Shown here piece after piece: positions 38,030 through 46,167 of a DNA stretch of 64,000 nucleotides. The stretch's first letter is position 1, and each line of letters starts with the position of its first letter. Position numbers and translations under genes: made by a program. This stretch comes from Ornithinimicrobium sp. Its GTDB lineage: Bacteria > Actinomycetota > Actinomycetes > Actinomycetales > Dermatophilaceae. The notes beneath the pieces were generated by a model. That model searched no databases. It saw only the letters and a program-made list of their open reading frames with translations, and had not been told where the DNA came from. The stretch spans positions 28-64,027 of the forward strand of contig JBAUJO010000165.1 of assembly GCA_049683875.1 (NCBI GenBank), in the 5' to 3' direction.

Positions 38030-40532
38030 TCGTGCGCCGTAGTCCGCTCGGTGCTTCGGGGTGCTCGTCCAGCCAGGTCTGGGTGGCCTCCAGCAGCTCT
38101 TCGTCGGCCAGCGCCGTGGGGTAGAAGCCGACGGCCAGCGCCTCCGCGATGGCGTGGGTGCGGGTCGCCCACAGCTCTTCGACCGCGGCCATGTATCGCG
38201 ACAGGAAGGGTCGCAGCAGCTCGGGGTCGTGCACGCGCCCGAAACCCACGGCCATGGCGTTGATCACCGCGTTGGGCAGCGCGTCCTGCTCGACGGCGCC
38301 CGCCCAGGCCGCCTCCTTGGCAGCAGGATCGGGGCGGGCGGCCATGGCCAGAGCCGCCTTCTCACGACCGGCCGCCGTGTTGTCCCTCGCGCGCTCTCGT
38401 TCAATCTCGGCAGAGTCGGCTGCGCCCGCCGAGGCCAGCCCGGTCAGCAGGGTCCAGCGCATGTCCTGGTCCACCGCCAGGCCCTCGATCGGCGCCGAGC
38501 GCTCCAACGCCCCGCGCAGCCGCTGCAGGTCATCGGCAGACGTGGCGGTGGAGGCCCACGCCCCCACCAGCTGCAGCTGGGCATCACTGCCCGGCTCGGC
38601 CCCGAGCGCGGCCGTGCGCAGGCCGTCGGCAAGCTCGGCACGGACCCGCTGCCGGTGGCTCTCCGCGACGAAGATCCGTGCCGCCGAGATGACCTGCAGC
38701 AACAGCACCCGCACCAGCGTGGAGTCGCGTTCGCCCTGCAGCGCCCGCAGCGCCAGGCGGACGTAGTCCGAGGCCGGCATCTGAGCGTCCCGGGTCATGT
38801 CCCACGCTGCTCCGAGCACCAGAGCCCGGGGCAGAGACTCCTCGAAGTCCGCCAGGTGCGACAGGGCAGTGTCCAGAGAACGTTCGTCCAGGCGGATCTT
38901 CGTGTAGGCCAGATCGTCGTCGTTGAGCAAGAGCAGGTCAGGCATGGTGCGGCCGTGGAGCTCGGGCACCTCGGTCCGCTCCCCGTCGATGTCGAGCTCC
39001 ACACGAGCGGTGCGCCGAAGCCGGCCCTCGTGCAGCTCGTAGCAGCCGACCGCGATGCGATGGGGCCGAAGCGTGGGCCAGTCGCTGGGAGCCGTCTGCT
39101 CGATCGCCGCCGCACGGATGGTCCCGTCGCGGACGTCCAGGGCTGGGGTCAGCGTGTTCACACCGGCGGTCTCCAGCCACAGTCGCGACCAGTCGCCGAG
39201 GTCACGGCCGGAGGTCGTCTCCAGCTCTGTGAGCAGGTCGGCCAGCGTCGTGTTCCCCCAGACGTGCTTGGCGAAGTACGCGCGCAGACCCGCTGTGAAC
39301 GCCTCGCGTCCGACGTAGGCCACGAGCTGCTTGAGCACCGAGGCGCCCTTGGCGTAGGTGATGCCGTCGAAGTTCACCTCGACCGCTGCCAGGTCGACCA
39401 TGTCCGCGGCGACCGGGTGCGTCGAGGACAGCTGGTCTTGGCGGTAGGCCCAGGCCTTCTCCGAGGTGGCGAACGTGGTCCACGCGTGCTCCCAAGCCGT
39501 GGCCTCGGCCTGGCACACGGTCGAGGCCCACTCGGCGAAGGACTCGTTCAGCCACAGGTCGTCCCACCACTGCATGGTCACCAGGTCGCCGAACCACATG
39601 TGGGCCAGCTCGTGCAGGATGGTCAGTGCCCGCCGCTCCACGATGGCCTCTGTCACCTTGGACCGGAACACGTACTGCTCGACGATGGTCACGCAGCCCG
39701 CGTTCTCCATCGCACCCATGTTGTACTCCGGCGTGAAGATCTGGTCGTACTTGGCGAACGGGTAAGGGTGGTCGAACTCCTGCTCGTAGAAGGAGAACCC
39801 CGCCTTGGTGCAGGCGAGGATGTTCTCCGGGTCCAGGTGCTGGCGCAGGCTGCGTCGGCAGAAGACGCCGAGCGGGACGGCGCCGGCCCGAGTGGCCACC
39901 TCGTCGCGGACCACGTCGTAAGGCCCCGCCACCAGCGCGGTGACGTAGGAGGAGAGTGGGGGAGTGGGCTCGAAGTCCCACCGGGCCACCTCGGCGCCGT
40001 CGAGGTTCACGGCCTCGGGTGCCGCGACGGCAGCGGGCGTCGGCTGGTTGGAGATGACCTGCCAGTGCGCCGGGGCGACCACACTGAGTGCGAACGTGGC
40101 CTTGAGGTCCGGCTGCTCGAACACGGCGTACATCCGCCGGCTGTCCGGGACCTCGAACTGGGTGTAGAGGTAGACCTCGCCGTCGGAGGGGTCGGTGAAG
40201 CGGTGCAGCCCTTCGCCGGTGTTCATGTACTCCCCGGTCGCGGCGACACGCAGGGTGTTCTGGCCCGCCAACCCGCTCAGCCGGATGCGGGCGTCGGCCC
40301 AGACCTGCTCCGGGTCGAGCGTGGTGCCGTTGAGCTCCACCGACTCCACGGAGCGGGCGATGAGGTCGATGAAGCTCTCACCACCCTCCTGGGCGCAGTC
40401 GAAGGAGACGGTGGTAGTCGTGGAGAAGGTGTCGGGCCCGCAGGTCAGGTCAAGCTCGACCGCGTAGGAGTGGACCGTGATCACGGCCGACCGGGCGCGA
40501 GCCTCCTCGCGGGTCAGGTTGGTGCCGGGCAT
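37965..40532 (-). CDS. pepN: aminopeptidase N (M1 family)
   Basis: In frame with ORF 37965..40649, trimmed to ATG 40532 (MPGTNLTREEARARS). It has the GAMEN motif (YNMGAMENAG) and the zinc motif HELAHMWFGDLVTMQWWDDLWLNE. Confidence 0.95.
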   Translation of the reverse strand: MPGTNLTREEARARSAVITVHSYAVELDLTCGPDTFSTTTTVSFDCAQEGGESFIDLIARSVESVELNGTTLDPEQVWADARIRLSGLAGQNTLRVAATGEYMNTGEGLHRFTDPSDGEVYLYTQFEVPDSRRMYAVFEQPDLKATFALSVVAPAHWQVISNQPTPAAVAAPEAVNLDGAEVARWDFEPTPPLSSYVTALVAGPYDVVRDEVATRAGAVPLGVFCRRSLRQHLDPENILACTKAGFSFYEQEFDHPYPFAKYDQIFTPEYNMGAMENAGCVTIVEQYVFRSKVTEAIVERRALTILHELAHMWFGDLVTMQWWDDLWLNESFAEWASTVCQAEATAWEHAWTTFATSEKAWAYRQDQLSSTHPVAADMVDLAAVEVNFDGITYAKGASVLKQLVAYVGREAFTAGLRAYFAKHVWGNTTLADLLTELETTSGRDLGDWSRLWLETAGVNTLTPALDVRDGTIRAAAIEQTAPSDWPTLRPHRIAVGCYELHEGRLRRTARVELDIDGERTEVPELHGRTMPDLLLLNDDDLAYTKIRLDERSLDTALSHLADFEESLPRALVLGAAWDMTRDAQMPASDYVRLALRALQGERDSTLVRVLLLQVISAARIFVAESHRQRVRAELADGLRTAALGAEPGSDAQLQLVGAWASTATSADDLQRLRGALERSAPIEGLAVDQDMRWTLLTGLASAGAADSAEIERERARDNTAAGREKAALAMAARPDPAAKEAAWAGAVEQDALPNAVINAMAVGFGRVHDPELLRPFLSRYMAAVEELWATRTHAIAEALAVGFYPTALADEELLEATQTWLDEHPEAPSGLRRTISENRDGVARALRAQAADRLR

Positions 40533-40635
40533 GCGGACCTCCGAGATGACACTGTGGTGGTGCGGGCCTAGAGATGGTGTCATGGTGAGTCCAGCTGGTG
40601 CAGCCAGCCAACCCACGGCGAGCAAGGAGCACAAG

Positions 40636-41103
40636 ATGCGGGTGCACATCGGTGGCGACCATGCGGCATATGAGATGCGGGAGGACCTGCGCGACTACAT
40701 GACCGAGCAGGGCCACGAAGTCACCGACCACGGGCCCGTCGAGTACGACGAGCTGGACAACTACCCGGTCTACGTTCTGCGTGCCGCCGAGGCGGTGGCA
40801 GCCGACCCGGACGCCCTCGGAGTCGTGCTCGGCGGGTCCGGAAACGGCGAGCAGATCGCGGCGAACAAGGTGGCCGGCATCCGGGCGGCGCTGTGCTACA
40901 ACTCCGAGCTCGCCGAGCTGGCGCGTCGGCACAACAACGCCCGGGTCATCTCGATCGGCGCCCGGATGACCACGCAGGATGAGGCCCGGCAGATGGTCGA
41001 CACGTTCCTGGCCACCGAGTTCTCCGGTGAGGAGCGACACGCCCTGCGCATCGACATGATGACCGCGTACGAGAACGACGGAACCCTCCCGCCGCTGCCC
41101 TGA
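40636..41103 (+). CDS. rpiB: ribose-5-phosphate isomerase B
   Basis: In frame with ORF 40477..41103. ATG 40636 follows the RBS AAGGAG. Blocks are MRVHIGGDHAAYEMREDL and VLGGSGNGEQIAANKVAGIRAALC. Confidence 0.9.
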   Translation: MRVHIGGDHAAYEMREDLRDYMTEQGHEVTDHGPVEYDELDNYPVYVLRAAEAVAADPDALGVVLGGSGNGEQIAANKVAGIRAALCYNSELAELARRHNNARVISIGARMTTQDEARQMVDTFLATEFSGEERHALRIDMMTAYENDGTLPPLP

Positions 41104-41105
41104 GC

Positions 41106-42875
41106 ATGAGCGCCGACACCGAGCTACTCCGGGCCTTCGAACCGGCGGTCCGGTTCACCCGCGGCGAGTACTTCTTCCCCGTCTCCGCGGAGCGGTATGC
41201 CGAGCACGCCGCGCTCTGGCTGCACGACTCGAGCGGTGACTCCGAGCTCAAGCGTGGCGCCGGCGAAGTCAGCCTCGGCGAGCTCACCCGGCTGGGGCAC
41301 ACCACCCAAGGCGTGGGCTGCTCGCTGTCGGGCGTCGATGTCGGTGACGACCGGGCGCGACCGCCCATCATCCCGCCCAAGGACCGCCCGCCCAGGCCAC
41401 GGGGGTCCAGCCGGCTGGCCTCCGTCGGCGTCGTCGCGCGGACCATCGACGCCGTGAACCGGTTGTCGTTGCTGTTCCGAGGCAGTGTCCCCGGCGGAAG
41501 CGCGGCCCGGTCGTTCCTGCTGCAACGCGACCACCTGCGCCCTGAGCGGCCGACCTACTACGGCCGCGTCCTGCGCGACGGGCACTGGATCGTGTGCCAG
41601 TACTGGTTCTTCTACGCGTTCAACAACTGGCGCTCCGGCTTCGGCGGGGTCAACGAACACGAAGGGGACTGGGAGCAGGTCACCGTGTTCCTTGACGGCT
41701 CGGGGTCGGTGGATGCCGAGGGCCCACCGGAGCCCCGCTGGGTTGTCTTCTCCGCCCACGACGAGACCGGTGATGACCTGCGACGCCGGTGGGACGACCC
41801 GGACCTGAGCCTGGTCGGCTCGCGCCACCCCGTGGTCTTCAGTGGGGCCGGATCGCACTCGGGGGCCTACCTGGCCGGCGACTACCTGATCACGGTGCCG
41901 ACCCCCACCCTTCCGGGCGTCGTGCGCTGGCTGCACCGTGGCGCGCGCCTGTTCACGCCGTGGTCCACGACGGCCCAGGGCGGTGGGCTCGCCATCCCGT
42001 ACGTGGACTATGCCCGCGGTGACGGCCGGGCGGTCGGCCCGGGAACCGACCAGGAGTGGGATGTGGTCGTGCTCGACGACACACAGGAGTGGGCGTGGGC
42101 CTATCGCGGCCTCTGGGGTCACGACACCCGCGACCGTCTCGGTGGCGAACGCGGACCGGCCGGGCCCCGGTATGAGCGGGACGGCACCGTCCGCGCCTCG
42201 TGGGCGGACCCGGTCGGCTGGTCGGGCCTGGCCAAGGTGTCGCCCAACCCCGGGGTGGAGCGGGCGATGATCGCCGAGCACCGGGAGCGCATCCAGGCTC
42301 GCCTGAGCGAGCTTGGCGTGCGATGCGAGGAGGATCGCCGCTCCCTCGGCCTTGCCGCGGCCGGGCTGGCGCCGGGTTCCCCGGAGGTCCGCGCGGTGGC
42401 GAAGCGGGAGCGGGAGGCGCTGGCCCGGCGGATGGAGCACACCGCCCTGCGCGACGAGCTCGAGCGGCTGTCGAGTGTGGAGCAGACGCCGCGAGAGGCG
42501 TCCGGACCCCACGATCACCTCACCCATCGGCGGGTGCCTCTGACTCCGGTGACCGGGCTGCGGGGGCGGCTGCTCTCAGGGTGGGCGATCCTCAGCACGC
42601 CGGTGATCCTGTGCGCGCTGGCGCTGGTCATCTCACCCCAGTGGGGCTTCAGCGCCCCGTGGGTCGCGGTGGTCTCGGTGCTGGCGCTGATCTCGGTGGA
42701 GGGCCTGCTGCGTCGGGCGTTCCTGGCGGTGCTGCTACGACTGCTGCTGCTGCTCGCGGTAGGCGTGACGATCTACTGGTCAGTGGGGCAGTGGCACTAC
42801 GCGGTGGCCATACCGCTGGTGGCCGGCGCCATCGTCGTGCTCGCAGCGAACCTCCGGGAGGCCTGGCGTCACTGA
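41106..42875 (+). CDS. hypothetical membrane protein with N-terminal Vps62-like (HxGDWE) domain, coiled-coil middle and 3-4 C-terminal TM helices
   Basis: ORF 41106..42875 (589 aa). It starts 2 nt after the rpiB stop. Blocks are YWFFYAFNNW...VNEHEGDWEQVTVF (HEGDWE at nt 41658-41675) and FSAHDETGD...FSGAGSHSGAY. The C-terminal hydrophobic block reads WAILSTPVILCALALVI...VAVVSVLALISV...LLLLLAVGVTIYW...IPLVAGAIVVLAA. Confidence 0.6.
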   Translation: MSADTELLRAFEPAVRFTRGEYFFPVSAERYAEHAALWLHDSSGDSELKRGAGEVSLGELTRLGHTTQGVGCSLSGVDVGDDRARPPIIPPKDRPPRPRGSSRLASVGVVARTIDAVNRLSLLFRGSVPGGSAARSFLLQRDHLRPERPTYYGRVLRDGHWIVCQYWFFYAFNNWRSGFGGVNEHEGDWEQVTVFLDGSGSVDAEGPPEPRWVVFSAHDETGDDLRRRWDDPDLSLVGSRHPVVFSGAGSHSGAYLAGDYLITVPTPTLPGVVRWLHRGARLFTPWSTTAQGGGLAIPYVDYARGDGRAVGPGTDQEWDVVVLDDTQEWAWAYRGLWGHDTRDRLGGERGPAGPRYERDGTVRASWADPVGWSGLAKVSPNPGVERAMIAEHRERIQARLSELGVRCEEDRRSLGLAAAGLAPGSPEVRAVAKREREALARRMEHTALRDELERLSSVEQTPREASGPHDHLTHRRVPLTPVTGLRGRLLSGWAILSTPVILCALALVISPQWGFSAPWVAVVSVLALISVEGLLRRAFLAVLLRLLLLLAVGVTIYWSVGQWHYAVAIPLVAGAIVVLAANLREAWRH

Positions 42876-42920
42876 CCCGCGTTGACGGAATGGGCGGGGT
42901 GCTGCGCGCGACCTCGGCGC

Positions 42921-43094
42921 CTACTCGGCGTTCTGCGCCGTGTCGTTCTTGGTCTCGACCTGCTGGCTGAAGTTGTCCCGCTTGCCGGCGATGGTGTCCT
43001 TCTCCTCGGCGGAGTCGGTGCCGGTGTCGGTCGAGTCGCTCCCATGGTCGTCGGAGCCGTCCATGAAGTCCTTGGCCTTGTCGGTGATGCCCAC
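42921..43094 (-). CDS. small acidic protein, MT0933/Rv0909-like 'antitoxin-like' family
   Basis: This is the C-terminal 57 codons of ORF 42921..43358. GTG 43094 is preceded by AGGAGG. The sequence is VGITDKAKDFMDGSDDHGSDSTDTGTDSAEEKDTIAGKRDNFSQQVETKNDTAQNAE. The rest of the ORF overlaps a tRNA gene and is discarded. Confidence 0.55.
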   Translation of the reverse strand: MGITDKAKDFMDGSDDHGSDSTDTGTDSAEEKDTIAGKRDNFSQQVETKNDTAQNAE

Positions 43095-43148
43095 GGCTGC
43101 CTCCTGTGCTCGGTCTGTCTCTGCGGCAGCGCGAGGTACCCCGGGCTG

Positions 43149-43222
43149 TGGAGCGGGTGACGAGAATCGAACTCGCGTAGCCAGTTTGGAAGACTGGGGC
43201 TCTACCATTGAGCTACACCCGC
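43149..43222 (-). tRNA. tRNA-Gly (anticodon TCC), CCA encoded
   Basis: The reverse complement is GCGGGTG-TA-GCTC-AATGGTA-GAGC-C-CCAGT-CTTCCAA-ACTGG-CTAC-GCGAG-TTCGATT-CTCGT-CACCCGC-T-CCA. This is a canonical cloverleaf with U73. Confidence 0.9.
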
Positions 43223-43321
43223 GTGCACGGCATTCCGACGGACCGCGCCGAGGCGATAGTCTAACGGCCGCCGCGAGGATGCGATCCACCGAGCGGTGCC
43301 CGTGCGCTGGCACGACCACAT

Positions 43322-43358
43322 GTGCACCACCCGTGCACGACACATGCACCAGGTGCAC
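43322..43358. repeat. four (G/A)TGCAC hexamers phased at 11, 11 and 9 bp immediately upstream of tRNA-Pro
   Basis: Read directly: GTGCAC at 43322, 43333 and 43353, and ATGCAC at 43344. A fifth GTGCAC at 43223 abuts the tRNA-Gly 5' end. Confidence 0.7.
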
Positions 43359-43373
43359 GAGACGCGGACGACG

Positions 43374-43447
43374 CGGGGTATGGCGCAGCTTGGTAGCGCG
43401 TCCGCTTTGGGAGCGGAAGGCCGCCGGTTCGAATCCGGCTACCCCGA
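43374..43447 (+). tRNA. tRNA-Pro (anticodon TGG)
   Basis: CGGGGTA-TG-GCGC-AGCTTGGTA-GCGC-G-TCCGC-TTTGGGA-GCGGA-AGGCC-GCCGG-TTCGAAT-CCGGC-TACCCCG-A. It is 74 nt with no encoded CCA. Confidence 0.9.
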
Positions 43448-43523
43448 CGGACTAGCATGCCGTGATTGCCCATTTCGCGGCCGTTGATGCGCCGCCGAAA
43501 CCCAAGCTTTGGAGTGCCCCGCA

Positions 43524-44972
43524 GTGAAGAGTGCCGTCGAGACCCTGACCGAGACCCGGGTCAAGCTGACCGTCGAGGTCCCCGCCACCGAGCTGAAGCC
43601 TCGCCTGGACGCGGCGTACGCGACGATCGGTCAGCAGGTGAACGTGCCCGGCTTCCGCAAGGGAAAGGTGCCCGCCCGGATCATCGACCAGCGCTTCGGT
43701 CGCGGCGCCGTGGTGCAGGAGGCGGTCAACGACGCGCTGCCGGAGTTCTACACCCAGGCAATGCGGGACAACTCGCTCACACCGCTGGGACAACCCGAGG
43801 TCAACCTCACCGAGCTGCCCATGACCGACGGTCAGGACTTCGTGTTCGAGGCCGAGGTCGACATCGTTCCGCAGTTCGACCTGCCCGACTTCGCCGGCAT
43901 CGAGGTCGAGGTCGACCCCGTCGCCGTCTCGGATGACGACGTGGCCGAGCGGATGGAGAACCTGCGAGCCCGCTTCGGCACCCTGGTGGGTGTCGACCGG
44001 CCGGCCCAAGACGGCGACTTCACCTCCATCGACCTCACCGCGGTGATCGACGGCGAGGAGATCGACTCGGTCACCGGCGTGTCCTACGAGATCGGCTCGA
44101 AGACCATGCTGGACGGCCTGGACGAGGCGTTGATCGGGGTCAGCGCCGGCGAGAGCGTGACCTTCGGCAGCCCGCTGGCCGGAGGTGAGCATGCCGGGCG
44201 CGAGGCCGAGTGCACCGTGACGCTCGTCTCGGTCAAGGAGCGCGAGCTTCCCGAGGTCGACGACGAGTTCGCTCAGCTGGCCTCGGAGTTCGACACCGTG
44301 GAGGAGCTGCGGGTCGACCTGGCCGGTCAGGCCGAACAGGGTGTGAAGTTCGAGCAGGGCGTGCAGGCTCGCGACCGCGTGCTGGACCGCATGCTGGAGC
44401 TCACCGACATCCCGTTGCCGGAGGCCTTGGTCGCCCAGGAGGTCGACACGCACCTGGAGAAGGAGAGCCGCAGCGAGGACGAGGAGCACCGCAGCGAGGT
44501 GGATGCGTCCACGCGCAAGGCGATGAAGACCCAGTTCCTGCTCGACGCCCTCGTGGAGCGCGGCAACGTCGACGTGGAGCAGAGCGAGCTCATCGAGTAC
44601 ATCATGATGACCGCCCAGCAGTACGGCATGAACCCCAACGAGTTCGCCCAGAAGATCGACCAGGAGAACCAGGTGCCGGCCATGATGACCGAGGTCGCGC
44701 GGCGCAAGGCGCTCGCCGAGGTCCTGGAGCAGGCCAGCGTCACCGACACCGACGGAAACACCGTCGACCTCAGTGACCTCGAAGAGGACGACGCCGAGGC
44801 AGAGGAGACCGAGACCGAGGTCGTGCAGGAGCCTGAGGAGACCGAGGTCGTGCAGGAGCCCGAGACCGAGGTCGTCCAGGACCCGGAAGAGGCCGACTCC
44901 GGCAGTACCGAGACCGAGGAAGAGGTCCCGGAGGACCTGGAGACCGGCGGCACCTCGTCGGCGAAGGGCTAG
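43524..44972 (+). CDS. tig: trigger factor
   Basis: ORF 43509..44972, trimmed to GTG 43524 (VKSAVETLTETRVKLTVEVP). It has the GFRKGKVP ribosome-binding motif, a PPIase domain and an acidic repetitive C-terminal tail. Confidence 0.95.
   Translation: MKSAVETLTETRVKLTVEVPATELKPRLDAAYATIGQQVNVPGFRKGKVPARIIDQRFGRGAVVQEAVNDALPEFYTQAMRDNSLTPLGQPEVNLTELPMTDGQDFVFEAEVDIVPQFDLPDFAGIEVEVDPVAVSDDDVAERMENLRARFGTLVGVDRPAQDGDFTSIDLTAVIDGEEIDSVTGVSYEIGSKTMLDGLDEALIGVSAGESVTFGSPLAGGEHAGREAECTVTLVSVKERELPEVDDEFAQLASEFDTVEELRVDLAGQAEQGVKFEQGVQARDRVLDRMLELTDIPLPEALVAQEVDTHLEKESRSEDEEHRSEVDASTRKAMKTQFLLDALVERGNVDVEQSELIEYIMMTAQQYGMNPNEFAQKIDQENQVPAMMTEVARRKALAEVLEQASVTDTDGNTVDLSDLEEDDAEAEETETEVVQEPEETEVVQEPETEVVQDPEEADSGSTETEEEVPEDLETGGTSSAKG
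44811..44883 (+). repeat. three in-frame tandem copies of GAGACCGAGGTCGT(G/C)CAGGA(G/C)CC (periods 27 and 24 nt) encoding ETEVVQEP repeats
   Basis: Read directly at 44811, 44838 and 44862. It lies within the tig C-terminal tail. Confidence 0.85.
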
Positions 44973-45062
44973 GCAGGGAGTTATCGCGTCAGCAGAACAG
45001 CGACGCCCGCGACGTCCAGCGAGGTCCGAGCCAGCTCGGCGGGCGAGGGGGCCTGCCTGCAG

Positions 45063-46133
45063 CTAGTCATCGCTGGAGCTGCCTACCGCGTCGGCCAGCC
45101 GTGGCGCCAGCTCGTCCAGGACCACCGGGATGCTGAGCACGCTCGAGGCGCCCCAAGCCCCAGCGAGCTCGGAGTCGGGGTCGATGAACACGGCGCGACC
45201 CTCCTCCACGACATCGAGTGAGGCCAAAAGCTCATCGGAGGTCGCCTCCTTGAGGGTGTATCCAATGGGCAGGACGACCGCGGCGTCGGCGTCGAACACC
45301 TCCACGTTCTCCCTCGAGACCTCAGCGAAGAAGCCGCTGGAGGACAGCTCCGCGATCGGTGGGTTGTTGACGAGGCCGAGATCGGCCAAGACGTCGAAGC
45401 GACCGTCACCAGGTAGGTAGGCCCCGTAGGCGTCCCCGAACTTCGCTGCCGAGGCCACAGAGGTGCCCTCGAAGCCGGGATGCGCTGCGGCAGCCTCGTC
45501 GATGGCGGACTGGGTGTCCTCGACCAAGGCCGCCGCCTCGTCGCGTTTGCCCACTGCCTTCCCGACGAGCTCGGTCTGCACGTCCCAGTCGGTGGCGAAC
45601 GCCCCTGTGCCCTTCGGCCCGTAGACGGTCGGGGCGATCTGGGAGAGGCGCTCGAACTCCTGCTTGTCATTGTCGCTGCGCGTGTTGAGGATGAGGTCGG
45701 GGTCCAGGGCCTGGATCTGTTCGTAGTTGAGCGAGGTGTTCCCTTGCTCGATGATCAAGGGCTCGGTCCCAGCAAACCGCTCAGTGGCCCATGGGCCCAC
45801 TCCGCCGTTGTCGGGTCCGAAGCCTTGCCAGTCGACGGTGGCCGCCGGCACGACGTCCAGCGCCAGCGCGGTCTCGGCATCTGACCATCCGAGCGCCACG
45901 ACCGTGAGGTCGCCGTCTTGCGGCTCGGGGATCTCAACGGCCCCGAACATCGTCTGCACTGTTCGGGGCTGCTTCTCCTGGGCATTCGGCTCGCCGCCCT
46001 CTGAGGAGCCGGCGCCGTCGCTCGACCCGCATCCGGCGATCAGGACCAGGGTGGCCGAGACCGCGGTGATGCGTGTGAGCGGAGCCGGCGAAAGTGGTGT
46101 CGGGCGTGCGGTGCGTGGTCTGGTGGTTCTCAT
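45063..46133 (-). CDS. iron-siderophore ABC transporter substrate-binding lipoprotein
   Basis: ORF 45063..46133 (356 aa). It has a signal peptide with lipobox (LVLIAGCGSS) and a periplasmic-binding-protein cluster-8-like sequence. It is the last gene of the ABC operon. Confidence 0.8.
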   Translation of the reverse strand: MRTTRPRTARPTPLSPAPLTRITAVSATLVLIAGCGSSDGAGSSEGGEPNAQEKQPRTVQTMFGAVEIPEPQDGDLTVVALGWSDAETALALDVVPAATVDWQGFGPDNGGVGPWATERFAGTEPLIIEQGNTSLNYEQIQALDPDLILNTRSDNDKQEFERLSQIAPTVYGPKGTGAFATDWDVQTELVGKAVGKRDEAAALVEDTQSAIDEAAAAHPGFEGTSVASAAKFGDAYGAYLPGDGRFDVLADLGLVNNPPIAELSSSGFFAEVSRENVEVFDADAAVVLPIGYTLKEATSDELLASLDVVEEGRAVFIDPDSELAGAWGASSVLSIPVVLDELAPRLADAVGSSSDD

Positions 46134-46167
46134 GGAGCGGTCCTTTCGTCAGGTGGAGGCGTCTCGG

